Sequence record: SRR20825019_361
DNA: 64,000 bases
Direction: 5' to 3' (one strand)
Positions 10,783 through 20,447 of the stretch are shown piece by piece (position 1 is the first letter of the stretch; each line of letters begins with the position of its first letter). The position numbers and the translations under genes are program-made. The notes beneath the pieces were generated by a model that saw only the letters and a list, made by a program, of their open reading frames with translations, searched no databases and had not been told where the DNA came from.

Positions 10783-11663
10783 AAAAGCAACTCAGTTTAT
10801 TAATCGCAATAGTTAGCCTTGGTGTTATTACATCATGTGAGAAAGAGATTCCATATAAAGGAGAGAATAAAGATAGTTTGTTGGTAGTCAATCAGATTAT
10901 CGAACGAGATTCTACGTTTTCGGTGCAAGTACAAAGAAGTATTTTCTTCCTTGAAAGTAGCACTTCGGATGTTTCGATTAGCGATGCGCAGGTAACCATT
11001 ACGAATTTGTCGAATGGTACTTCGGAAACACATAGTTTCGGACTCTACGGAAAATATGACTTTTTAATGGTGGCGCAAGAAGGAAATAGTTACAGAATTG
11101 ATGTAAGTCATCCGAGCTATCCATCGGTGTATTCCGAAACTACCATTCCTTATGTAATTTCACTCAGTTCTGTGGACACCTCGTCTATTGAAAACGCGAA
11201 CTCCATGAATGGTCGAAGAATGGATGCCACATTGAGATGGAACGACCCTGTCGGGAAGAATAGATACATTGTTGTCGTAAAGTGGGATGGAGATTTTTCC
11301 CTTGAACCAACGAATTTTCAGTTAGTTTCCAATGATTTGGCCATTTCAAGCGGAGGAGGAAATGAATTTGGGGAGAATTTGTATGCAAATTTTTTCGCGC
11401 TTGATGATGCGTCCTTCGATGGTAAACAAAAGGAGTTTAAGATCTCCTTCGACAGTCCATGGGCAATGGAAACAGGCGAATACCACTTTGAATTGTATCA
11501 TTGTACAGAAGAAGCGTACCGTTATCTGATCTCGTCAGATATTGCGCAGTATTCAGGAGGCGGAGATCCATTTACCGAACCAGTGAAGGTGTTCGCTAAC
11601 ATAACAGGTGGCTACGGGATTTTTGCTGGAATGAGTAAATCAAGGATTGTTATGTATCAGTAG
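10779..11663 (+). CDS. DUF4249-like lipoprotein partner of the TonB-dependent receptor
   Basis: Lipobox ITSC; C-terminal FTEPVKVFANITGGYGIFAG; 4-nt overlap with the receptor gene. Confidence 0.8.
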   Translation: MKKQLSLLIAIVSLGVITSCEKEIPYKGENKDSLLVVNQIIERDSTFSVQVQRSIFFLESSTSDVSISDAQVTITNLSNGTSETHSFGLYGKYDFLMVAQEGNSYRIDVSHPSYPSVYSETTIPYVISLSSVDTSSIENANSMNGRRMDATLRWNDPVGKNRYIVVVKWDGDFSLEPTNFQLVSNDLAISSGGGNEFGENLYANFFALDDASFDGKQKEFKISFDSPWAMETGEYHFELYHCTEEAYRYLISSDIAQYSGGGDPFTEPVKVFANITGGYGIFAGMSKSRIVMYQ

Positions 11664-11670
11664 AATGGGG

Positions 11671-11825
11671 GGCTGAGCGAAGTATAAATTGCTTGGCTGT
11701 ATTTGTAATCTAAGCACGGCTATGTTGGAGTTGCACTCTGGCGCTTCTTATTAGACCCACGTTGCAGAACATTTTTTACGCAGCAGCACAGCTACAGTAC
11801 AGCAATTTTACTCCTACGCCAGTTA
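11671..11825. repeat. Long imperfect inverted repeat in the intergenic region
   Basis: Left arm ggctgagcgaagtataaattgcttggctgt pairs with right arm acagtacagcaattttactcctacgccagtt (core aaattgct/agcaattt, agta/tact). Confidence 0.45.
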
Positions 11826-11931
11826 ACATTTAGAACAATTGCTAAAAAGCGTTACATCCGACCACCGTTTTTCTTCTTACCAGTCGCGAGTCTTCGTAGC
11901 AACCAATAGCGCTAGTTCCTGACGAATTTCC

Positions 11932-11939
11932 TATCTTTG
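11932..11939 (+). promoter_or_regulatory. -7 promoter element (TATCTTTG) for ileS
   Basis: Exact TAnnTTTG match 24 nt before ATG 11964; it overlaps the ORF-track TTG start, which supports the later ATG. Confidence 0.7.
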
Positions 11940-11963
11940 CCCCTTCAATTTAAGCGAATTAGA

Positions 11964-14900
11964 ATGAGTCAAACCACCAAAGGTAGCAGCGAAGTTAAAT
12001 ATCCAACGTACGAAGGGTTGAATCTTCCAAATGTAGCAACACGAGTGCTAGCGAAATGGGAACAAGATCAAGTGTTTGAAAAATCGATTTCTACGCGTGA
12101 AGGCAAGGAGTCGTTTATTTTCTTCGAAGGTCCACCTTCAGCAAACGGTCTTCCTGGAATTCACCATGCCATGGGACGTTCGATTAAGGATATTTTCTGT
12201 CGTTATAAAACCCTAAAAGGTTTCCAAGTGAAGCGAAAAGCGGGCTGGGATACACACGGTTTGCCTGTTGAATTAGGAGTTGAAAAAGAACTCGGAATCA
12301 CGAAAGAGGATATCGGGAAGAAAATTACTGTTGAAGAATACAATCAAGCGTGCAAACAAGCAGTAATGCGCTACACGGATATTTGGAACGACCTTACCCG
12401 AAAAATGGGGTATTGGGTAGACATGTCCGATCCGTATGTTACCTACGATTCAAAATACATGGAATCCGTTTGGTGGTTGTTGGGTCAGATGTATGAGAAA
12501 AACTTGATCTACAAAGGATATACAATTCAACCGTATTCCCCTAAAGCGGGAACAGGATTGTCTTCGCACGAAATTAACCAACCAGGATGTTACCAAGATG
12601 TTACTGACACAACGGTCGTAGCTCAATTCAAAATGGTTGCCGGTCAAGAAACGCCTTTCAAAAAGGAAAATGGTGCACTGAGCAATTCCGAGAATACGAG
12701 TGGTTCTGAGAATGGTGAGCTGAACGGTTCTGAGAATGGTGCACTGAGCGGAGTCGAAGTGCATTTCCTAGCTTGGACAACAACACCATGGACTTTACCT
12801 TCTAACACAGCACTTACAGTTGGACCGAAAATCGAGTACGTACTCGTTAAAACATACAATCAATACACTTTTGAACCAATCAACGTGGTACTTGCCAAGA
12901 ATTTGGTGGGATATCAGTTCGCGAAAGGTTTTGCCAAAGTGGAAGAAGAAAGTGAGTTAGCAAACTACACACAAGGAGATAAACAAATCCCGTTTTTCGT
13001 TGCTGGACAATGTTTAGGAGCGGAGTTAAGCGGATTGAAATACGAGCAATTATTGCCGTACGCATTGCCATACGAGAATCCTGAAAAAGCATTTCAGATA
13101 ATTACAGGTGATTTCGTAACGACAGAAGACGGAACGGGAATCGTGCACACTGCGCCTACATTTGGTGCGGACGATGCGAAAGTAGCTGCTGATGCTGGCG
13201 TTCCTGGATTATTGGTATTGGATGAAAACAATAATCCCGTGCCGTTGGTTGATTTACAAGGGAAATTCAGACCTGAAATGGGCGAATTTGCAGGAATGTA
13301 CGTCAAAAACGAATATTATAACGACGGTGAAGCTCCAGATAAATCGGCTGATGTTCAATTGGCGATTAAATTAAAGACGGAGAATAAAGCATTCAAAGTA
13401 GAAAAATACGTGCACAGTTACCCACATTGCTGGAGGACTGACAAGCCTATATTGTACTATCCATTGGATTCTTGGTTTATTCGTGTGACTTCAGCGCGAG
13501 AGCGAATGATGGAGTTGAATGATACCATTCAATGGAAACCAGAATCAACTGGGACAAAACGTTTCGGAAATTGGCTAGAAAACGCTAATGACTGGAACTT
13601 ATCCCGTTCGCGCTATTGGGGAATTCCAATTCCAATTTGGTCAACGGAAGACGGTGAGGAAAGAATTTGTATTTCTTCGGCGGAGCAATTGAAGGCAGAA
13701 TGCCAAAAAGCAGTCGCTGCTGGAGTAATGACGGCAAATCCATTGGCTGATTTCCAAGTGGGCGATATGTCCAAAGAGAATTACGCAAAAGTAGATTTCC
13801 ATAAGAATTACATGGATGAGATCACACTCGTTTCGGCTTCTGGTAGAGAAATGAAACGTGAGTCTGACCTAATCGATGTTTGGTTCGATTCTGGCTCAAT
13901 GCCTTATGCTCAGTGGCATTACCCGTTTGAGAACAAAGAATTAATCGACGATAGAAAAGCATATCCAGCTGATTTTATTGCGGAAGGAGTGGATCAAACT
14001 CGCGGATGGTTCTATACCTTGCATGCAATTGCAACAATGGCGTTCGATTCTGTGGCATACAAAACAGTTGTTTCTAACGGATTGGTGTTGGATAAGAACG
14101 GACAGAAAATGTCGAAACGTCTGGGGAATGCAGTGGATCCATTTACCACACTTGATAAGTACGGAGCAGATGCAACCCGTTGGTACATGATCACGAATGC
14201 GCAACCGTGGGACAATCTCAAATTTGATTTAGACGGAATTACCGAAGTTCAACGTAAATTCTTCGGAACACTTTACAATACGTATTCATTCTTCGCGCTG
14301 TATGCGAACATTGATAATTACGATAGAACAACGCATCAAACAGACTACAAAACGGAAATCGATCGATGGGTTTTATCGAAATTGAACTCGTTAATCCAAG
14401 AGGTTGACAAGGCATTTGCTGACTTCGAACCAACGAAAGCAGGGCGTTTAATCCAAGAATTCGTGGGAGATCATCTCTCGAATTGGTACGTGCGATTGTG
14501 TCGTAAACGTTTTTGGGTTGGAGATTTGTCGGAAGATAAAAAAGCAGCATACCAAACCTTGCACACATGCTTGAAAACCGTTGCATTGCTTGGTTCTCCG
14601 ATAGCACCGTTCTATTTGGATCAACTCTATCAAGATTTAGAAGGAAATGATTCTTCGGTGCATTTAGCCGATTTTCCAACGGTAGATGCAACCCAAATCG
14701 ATCCGAAATTGGAAGCTCAAATGGATATTGCGCAAAGAACGTCTTCGTTAGTGTTAGGACTTCGTAAGAAAACAAAGATTCGCGTTCGTCAGCCGCTTCA
14801 AAAGATCATGGTTCCTGCGTTGAACTCAACATTTGCAGCAAATATTGATCATGTGAAAGAGCTCATTCTTAGCGAAGTAAACGTGAAGGAATTGGAGTTG

Positions 14901-15449
14901 CTCGAAGAAGGAAACGATATTTTAGTGAAAAGCATCAAACCGAATTTCAAAACAATTGGGCCGAAATACGGAAAGCAAATGAAAGCGATTGCTGCCATGG
15001 TAGCACAACTTTCTGCGGATGATATTTCTTCCATCGAAGCAAACAATGGTTGGTCTGGAGAATTAGATGGTGAAGCAATTGAACTTGATTTAGCAGATTT
15101 CGAAATTGTTGCGAAAGACATTCCAGGTTGGACGGTGAGTTCAGACGGTGGATTGACAGTAGCGCTAGATGTTACTATTTCAGAAGAACTTAAAGCAGAA
15201 GGAATTGCTCGTGAGCTGATTAACCGCGTTCAAAACTTGCGGAAAGATTCAGGCTTGGAAGTAACGGACAGAATTATTTTGAAAGTGGAAACCAACGAGG
15301 CAATTCGTGCATCTATTCAGGCAAATCTGAATTATGTGTGCAACGAAGTGTTGGCAAATGAAATCTTGTTTGAAACGCTTGGAACGGATGCTTTGGAGAC
15401 CGATTTAGTGGAAACCGGAGATGCTAGAATTGCGTTGAGCAAAGGATAG
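11964..15449 (+). CDS. ileS: Isoleucine--tRNA ligase (IleRS type 2)
   Basis: FEGPPSANGLPGIHH, GWDTHGLPVE, WTTTPWTLPSN, DWNLSRSRYWG, EGVDQTRGWFY, KMSKR. Confidence 0.97.
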   Translation: MSQTTKGSSEVKYPTYEGLNLPNVATRVLAKWEQDQVFEKSISTREGKESFIFFEGPPSANGLPGIHHAMGRSIKDIFCRYKTLKGFQVKRKAGWDTHGLPVELGVEKELGITKEDIGKKITVEEYNQACKQAVMRYTDIWNDLTRKMGYWVDMSDPYVTYDSKYMESVWWLLGQMYEKNLIYKGYTIQPYSPKAGTGLSSHEINQPGCYQDVTDTTVVAQFKMVAGQETPFKKENGALSNSENTSGSENGELNGSENGALSGVEVHFLAWTTTPWTLPSNTALTVGPKIEYVLVKTYNQYTFEPINVVLAKNLVGYQFAKGFAKVEEESELANYTQGDKQIPFFVAGQCLGAELSGLKYEQLLPYALPYENPEKAFQIITGDFVTTEDGTGIVHTAPTFGADDAKVAADAGVPGLLVLDENNNPVPLVDLQGKFRPEMGEFAGMYVKNEYYNDGEAPDKSADVQLAIKLKTENKAFKVEKYVHSYPHCWRTDKPILYYPLDSWFIRVTSARERMMELNDTIQWKPESTGTKRFGNWLENANDWNLSRSRYWGIPIPIWSTEDGEERICISSAEQLKAECQKAVAAGVMTANPLADFQVGDMSKENYAKVDFHKNYMDEITLVSASGREMKRESDLIDVWFDSGSMPYAQWHYPFENKELIDDRKAYPADFIAEGVDQTRGWFYTLHAIATMAFDSVAYKTVVSNGLVLDKNGQKMSKRLGNAVDPFTTLDKYGADATRWYMITNAQPWDNLKFDLDGITEVQRKFFGTLYNTYSFFALYANIDNYDRTTHQTDYKTEIDRWVLSKLNSLIQEVDKAFADFEPTKAGRLIQEFVGDHLSNWYVRLCRKRFWVGDLSEDKKAAYQTLHTCLKTVALLGSPIAPFYLDQLYQDLEGNDSSVHLADFPTVDATQIDPKLEAQMDIAQRTSSLVLGLRKKTKIRVRQPLQKIMVPALNSTFAANIDHVKELILSEVNVKELELLEEGNDILVKSIKPNFKTIGPKYGKQMKAIAAMVAQLSADDISSIEANNGWSGELDGEAIELDLADFEIVAKDIPGWTVSSDGGLTVALDVTISEELKAEGIARELINRVQNLRKDSGLEVTDRIILKVETNEAIRASIQANLNYVCNEVLANEILFETLGTDALETDLVETGDARIALSKG
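12666..12763 (+). repeat. In-frame tandem repeat ending in a REP-like palindrome inside ileS
   Basis: Units of 24/18/24 bp (gagaatggtgcactgagc-type) followed by tgcact-gagcggagtcga-agtgca; 17-bp core actgagcggagtcgaag identical to 37866-37882. Confidence 0.8.
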
Positions 15450-15474
15450 TTTTTGATATTATTTTTTAATAAAA

Positions 15475-15508
15475 AAGAAGCCCGAATAAATCAATATTCG
15501 GGCTTCTT
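15475..15508. terminator. Bidirectional intrinsic terminator between convergent genes
   Basis: Perfect 14-bp stem aagaagcccgaata/tattcgggcttctt, 6-nt loop, A-tract before and T-rich tract after. Confidence 0.9.
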
Positions 15509-15525
15509 CATTTTATTTTTTTGGA

Positions 15526-18500
15526 TTACTTGGATCCAGTAATCAAGAATTTAACGATTCCTGATTTTCCGTTCGCCGTAGCATGCATGTAATACATTCC
15601 TGTTTCTGCTTGAAGCATTCGTATTTCTTGCGCTGCTTTTTCAACTGTGCCAGATTCAATAAGTCTTCCTTTGTCGTCGTAAATGTTAAACGTCGATCCT
15701 ATTTCTAATCCTGTAACAACAAAAACACCGTCATTTGGATTCGGAGAAAGTACAACGCCATCTAACAAATCTTCATCTATTCCGATGTTGCAGTCTTCGA
15801 CTAAAACGCCAACCACCGTTGTTGCGCCACATCCATTCGCGTCTGTATAGGAATAAATAATGGTGTGTGTTCCTAATCCCGCCACGGTTGGGTCAAATGA
15901 ATTCCCACTCACTCCTGGACCGCTGAACGTTCCGCCTGCTGGTGTACCAACCATGGAAATTATTCCTGACGTAGCGATGCAAACAGTTCCCAAAGAATCA
16001 GGTGCAACCGAGACAATCGGAAGTGGATTGACAGTTAAGTTTGTGGTAACAGTACTATCACATCCGTTTGTTCCTGTGAGAACATCAGTATAAGTTCCTG
16101 CAATTGAGTAGGTACTTCCACCAACCGTAAATGTCGACCCTTCACAGATGGATTCACTTTGAGTCGATGAAGTTGTTGGCAATACTGTAACGGTAACTTG
16201 ACTTGTGTTTGAACATCCAGCAGTAGTTCCTGTTACCGTATACGTTGTGGTTGTTGTTGGAGAAACGATTTGTGTCGCTCCCGCACCAAGACCGTTGTCC
16301 CATGAATAAGTTGTTGCTCCTGAGGCCGAAATGGTCGCTGATTCTCCAGTACAAATCGTTGTTGTCCCCGAAGAAGTTACATTCGGCGCGTTTGGATCTG
16401 TCAATGTTTGTGAAATCATATTCGAAGTACATCCATTTCCATTCACAAATGTAATCGAATAGGATCCTGAAGCTAAGCCTGTAATTGAATACGGAAGGGA
16501 AACTCCTGTTGCACTTCCAGATGTTGTTCCTGTCCATGTAAGATCGCCAGTCCCATTTCCGCCAATGTTGATTGAACCAGTTGCAGTAGAACATGCCGTT
16601 GGATCGCTGAATGAACCAATGGAAATAACAGGGTTTGGATTTACAGTAACCGTAACTTGTGCGGTATTTGAACATCCAGAAGTGGTTCCTGTAACCGTGT
16701 ACGTAGTTGTTGTAGTTGGGGACACTGATTGCGTCGCTCCTGCTCCTAATCCGTTATCCCAAGAATAAGTTGTAGCTCCAGAACTAGAAATGCTAACGGT
16801 ACTTCCAACACAAATAGTTGCTGAACCTGAAGCTAAGACAGTTGGTAAAGGAGTTACAGTAATGGTAACTTGAGCGGTATTTGAACAACCAGCTGTTGTG
16901 CCAGTTACGGTGTACGTTGTTGTTGAAGTAGGAGAAACGGATTGTGTTGCGCCAGCTCCTAATCCATTGTCCCAAGAATAAGTAGTTGCTCCCGATCCTG
17001 TAATTGACGCCGAAGTTCCAGCACAAATAGTTGCAGCTCCAGATGCCGAAACGGTTGGAATTGCATTCACAGTGATGTAGTTGTTTAATGTAATTGGATC
17101 AGATCCACTTCCATTCGATGCGGTTAAAGTCACCGAGTATGTTCCGGGCGTAGCATATACATGTGTTGGATTCTGCAAAGTAGAAGTGTTTGCGTCTCCA
17201 AAGTCCCAGCTCCACCCAGTTGGTGCGTTTGTAGATAAATCGGTGAAGCTAACAGAACTTCCAGCACAAATGGTGGTTGGCGTAGCAGAGAAATTCGCCA
17301 CGGGAGGTGTTCCAACAGCTGGATTGTATATTCCAACTCCAAATCCTGAGAACCCAGTGCTGAATGATGAGGTAAATGTAGCGTCACTCCCGAATGCTCC
17401 AAGTGTGGAACTCGAACTTGAAATAGTATATGTCGCAGCATTTCCTGGAGTTACATCGCTAATCGCATTGGAACCGTCAACTTTTACAATTTCTGCGTTG
17501 TTTCTGCTGTTTCCTGTTGCTGTTTCCCAACCTGCGACTTCTGCTTCTTCGTAATAAAGAGTAACGTCGTACGTCCCAGAAGGATTCGTGTTTGTTGGAA
17601 CAACGGTGTAGGTTTTTGACGCCAAATAATCGGCTGGAGTAGCTGTGTTGAACTGTGCGGCTGTTGTGCCTGATCGATCAACTTCAACGGTAACGCATCC
17701 GTAATCAAATGCCGAGGTATTTTCTAAGGTCATCATTACGTTGCCTGATGTAGGATCGTAAAAGTGCACAGTTTTGTTCGGGCCTAAATTTGCCGTTTGT
17801 CCAGTTCCTGTATTCACAGCGGTTTGTACACCTATTGAACTTGTACCTGAAACATTTACGTCATCAATTGCACAACCGTATAACCAGCCCGTTGCATCGC
17901 TGTAACGAACTTTTAAAACAACATTCGCGTTTCCAACGTAAGGCGTAATGTCAAAATTTTGTGTAGTCCATGAAACATCAATCGGTGAAGCAACTAAAGC
18001 GCCAACAAGCACATCCGGAGCTCCGTTAACTGAAACAAAAACATCTGCATTTTCATTGTTTCCTTGGTACGTATTATCTTCAAAATAGGACAAGAAGGAG
18101 AAGTTAGCCGTTGTATAACCTGTTAAATCCAAGCTAGGAAGAATAAGGTCGACTTGATTTTGATTACAATTACATGCGTCGTCATTTACCCATGCAAATT
18201 GTCCAGTATTAGAATTGGGAATTGCATAAGCTGCTGAACTCGCTGCGGCTAAGTTTCCTACCTGAAAAGCCGTTGCACCAGACGGATTCAGCGTTGCGAA
18301 AGGCGCTAATGTTCCATCTTGGAAATCGTCTTGGAAAATTACTGTCGCTGTAAGAACACTCGCAGGAGCTAAATCGTCATCGTTTATGGTAATCGTTACC
18401 GTTTGATTGGTACCTCCAACAACTGCATCACCTCCGTTTGCATTTAGCGAATAGTTCAGCGTAATTGTTTCATTTCCTTCAACGTAGTTATCATCATAGA

Positions 18501-20331
18501 CCCAAATTTCAACAGTTCCAGTAAGTGTGGCACCGTCAAGGGTAAATGTGTTGGTTTGCACCGAATAATCTTCTCCTTGAGTTGCTGTTCCTCCAGAAAC
18601 GTTAACAACGATTCCAGCGGGTTGCGATGGATCTGATGCAATTGAAATCGGAACATTTAAAATCGTGTATGGTAAACAGTTGTTTGCTTGGTTTGCATCC
18701 AATTCATTCACCGAATAAGTTGATTGCGCGAAGGAAACGGCCGGACTACAATTTCCTAAATTGAACGCGGCAACTCTTGTCGACCACTGTGATGCAGTGT
18801 TATATGCTCCTGTAAAAAAGAATGTTTCTCCATCTGCAGGATCAAGTCCCATGGCGAAGTAATCTCCCCAGCGATTAGAAGCATTAGAAGCTGTTCCCGT
18901 CGCGCCAATGATCGCCGTTTCAGGTTCTGTCATGGTATTTAAAGGATCACACGATTTTCTTCCTGTATAGCGAAGAGATGGATAGGTGCTTGAACTTGAA
19001 ACGCTGTATGCTAACCCAATGTTTCCAGAAGCGGAAATTCCAATGGTTGGCATAAACCTTCCATTTGCATCTGGAGAATAAGTACTTTGCTGAAAAATGG
19101 TCCAACTTCCCGCTGTTCCACCTGTACGGCGAAGTTCATACCAGCGAATACCAGCGCGATCCGATCCATTTACATCGGTAACGTGGCAACAAACAATGGA
19201 TTCATGTGTCCCAAAATTGCGATAGTGAATGCGGTTCATTAATAATTCTCGCAGTGGATCCAGTTGAGTTCCTGTTCCCGGTTGAGGGATGCAAGAAAAT
19301 GAAGTATATCCACATAACTCAGATTCGTGTGGAGCAATTCCTATTGTTTGGACTTGCGTAAGAGTGCTGTTCGCCGAACTTACCCAGTCAATGTTTAATT
19401 CCCACATTTCGAGGGCATCGGTTGCCGCGCCTGACCAAGCATCGTCTCTCATTCTCATAAGGAGTGCGGGTGTATTTCCAGGAGGAACAACTGTTCCATT
19501 CATGCTCACTGGTGTGGCAGCCTGAAATCCAATCGTACCGAAATTTGTCATGGTAAATCGCTGAGCTGGCGTAGCTGTCCCAGCCAAAAGGTTCGTTCTA
19601 TTCAGCGCGTAAATCGTCGACTGCGTTTCGTTGGTTGTAATCACATATTCATTTTCCCAAATGGAATACTTTGGATAATCTGGGAAAGATGGAGCATTAA
19701 AAGAGTACGTGTAGTATGTTCCTCCAGGATCTGGAGTTGTGGAAATGGCTACGTGCATATTATTTCCGCTAGCTGAAAATTCAGAAAGCAACCAGCGATT
19801 TGCTCGCTCATCGTAAAGAACGATTGGGTCTCCTGCTCCTCCAGGCATGCCCATAAAGTTGTCGAAATAGGTCTGCGAAACCAATACTGTTCCTGTTTTA
19901 TTAAAAATTCGAATGTAGGCTCCCGATGATCCATTGATCATTTGAACTACATGATTTGGTCCAACATCTACGGAAGGATCTGCTGGGTTCACGTTTGTAT
20001 AGCCAATTCCTGCCCAATCTTGACTCGCGGCTTTTGTTGGCGAAGCTGGTGGTGCATAATCTTGTTGTAGTGCTGGATCTGGACCTTGAGGAAGTGCGTT
20101 TGGATTAACCGTTGGGTTCAAAATCCAGTCGTTTTTTGGATGGTATCCAATTTTTTCTTCTTTGGTAATTTCGTTGATCGTTCCCAATGCTTCTTGGAAC
20201 TGATCTAATCGCCCTGTTTCTCCGTTAAAAGTGATAGGAATCGACTGCGAATAAACGGTTTCATCTTTTTGTTGAGTAAATCCGATGGTGGTAGATAGCA
20301 ACGTCAGTAGAAGCAGACTTTGTCTTTTCAT
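15526..20331 (-). CDS. Large T9SS-secreted multidomain protein (uncharacterised N-domain, Calx-beta-like, PKD, Ig-like repeats, type A CTD)
   Basis: Signal peptide from ATG 20331 (MKRQSLLLL); Calx-beta-like DDNYVEGNETITL..TITINDDD; PKD WSWDFGD...NPTHVYATPGTYSVTL; CTD SPNPNDG...GMYYM. Confidence 0.88.
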   Translation of the reverse strand: MKRQSLLLLTLLSTTIGFTQQKDETVYSQSIPITFNGETGRLDQFQEALGTINEITKEEKIGYHPKNDWILNPTVNPNALPQGPDPALQQDYAPPASPTKAASQDWAGIGYTNVNPADPSVDVGPNHVVQMINGSSGAYIRIFNKTGTVLVSQTYFDNFMGMPGGAGDPIVLYDERANRWLLSEFSASGNNMHVAISTTPDPGGTYYTYSFNAPSFPDYPKYSIWENEYVITTNETQSTIYALNRTNLLAGTATPAQRFTMTNFGTIGFQAATPVSMNGTVVPPGNTPALLMRMRDDAWSGAATDALEMWELNIDWVSSANSTLTQVQTIGIAPHESELCGYTSFSCIPQPGTGTQLDPLRELLMNRIHYRNFGTHESIVCCHVTDVNGSDRAGIRWYELRRTGGTAGSWTIFQQSTYSPDANGRFMPTIGISASGNIGLAYSVSSSSTYPSLRYTGRKSCDPLNTMTEPETAIIGATGTASNASNRWGDYFAMGLDPADGETFFFTGAYNTASQWSTRVAAFNLGNCSPAVSFAQSTYSVNELDANQANNCLPYTILNVPISIASDPSQPAGIVVNVSGGTATQGEDYSVQTNTFTLDGATLTGTVEIWVYDDNYVEGNETITLNYSLNANGGDAVVGGTNQTVTITINDDDLAPASVLTATVIFQDDFQDGTLAPFATLNPSGATAFQVGNLAAASSAAYAIPNSNTGQFAWVNDDACNCNQNQVDLILPSLDLTGYTTANFSFLSYFEDNTYQGNNENADVFVSVNGAPDVLVGALVASPIDVSWTTQNFDITPYVGNANVVLKVRYSDATGWLYGCAIDDVNVSGTSSIGVQTAVNTGTGQTANLGPNKTVHFYDPTSGNVMMTLENTSAFDYGCVTVEVDRSGTTAAQFNTATPADYLASKTYTVVPTNTNPSGTYDVTLYYEEAEVAGWETATGNSRNNAEIVKVDGSNAISDVTPGNAATYTISSSSSTLGAFGSDATFTSSFSTGFSGFGVGIYNPAVGTPPVANFSATPTTICAGSSVSFTDLSTNAPTGWSWDFGDANTSTLQNPTHVYATPGTYSVTLTASNGSGSDPITLNNYITVNAIPTVSASGAATICAGTSASITGSGATTYSWDNGLGAGATQSVSPTSTTTYTVTGTTAGCSNTAQVTITVTPLPTVLASGSATICVGSTVSISSSGATTYSWDNGLGAGATQSVSPTTTTTYTVTGTTSGCSNTAQVTVTVNPNPVISIGSFSDPTACSTATGSINIGGNGTGDLTWTGTTSGSATGVSLPYSITGLASGSYSITFVNGNGCTSNMISQTLTDPNAPNVTSSGTTTICTGESATISASGATTYSWDNGLGAGATQIVSPTTTTTYTVTGTTAGCSNTSQVTVTVLPTTSSTQSESICEGSTFTVGGSTYSIAGTYTDVLTGTNGCDSTVTTNLTVNPLPIVSVAPDSLGTVCIATSGIISMVGTPAGGTFSGPGVSGNSFDPTVAGLGTHTIIYSYTDANGCGATTVVGVLVEDCNIGIDEDLLDGVVLSPNPNDGVFVVTGLEIGSTFNIYDDKGRLIESGTVEKAAQEIRMLQAETGMYYMHATANGKSGIVKFLITGSK
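16180..17060 (-). repeat. Three ~70-aa intragenic repeats (GATTYSWDNGLGAGATQ.VSPT.TTTYTVTGTT.GCSNT); bounds approximate
   Basis: Two adjacent copies plus a third after a spacer domain, visible in both protein and DNA. Confidence 0.85.
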
Positions 20332-20447
20332 AATGAGTTCATTAAATAGTTTAGCAAGGTCAAAATACAAAATATCAGACAATTAGGAGAATTTTGTACA
20401 GTACGAGCTTGTCAAACAATACAAAATGGCGCGTGAAATGGGATGGA

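Noticed and set aside
11664-11963. T-box or Ile leader-peptide control of ileS
   Set aside because: No T-box consensus, no Ile-rich uORF and no terminator; the -7 box is only 24 nt from the ATG.
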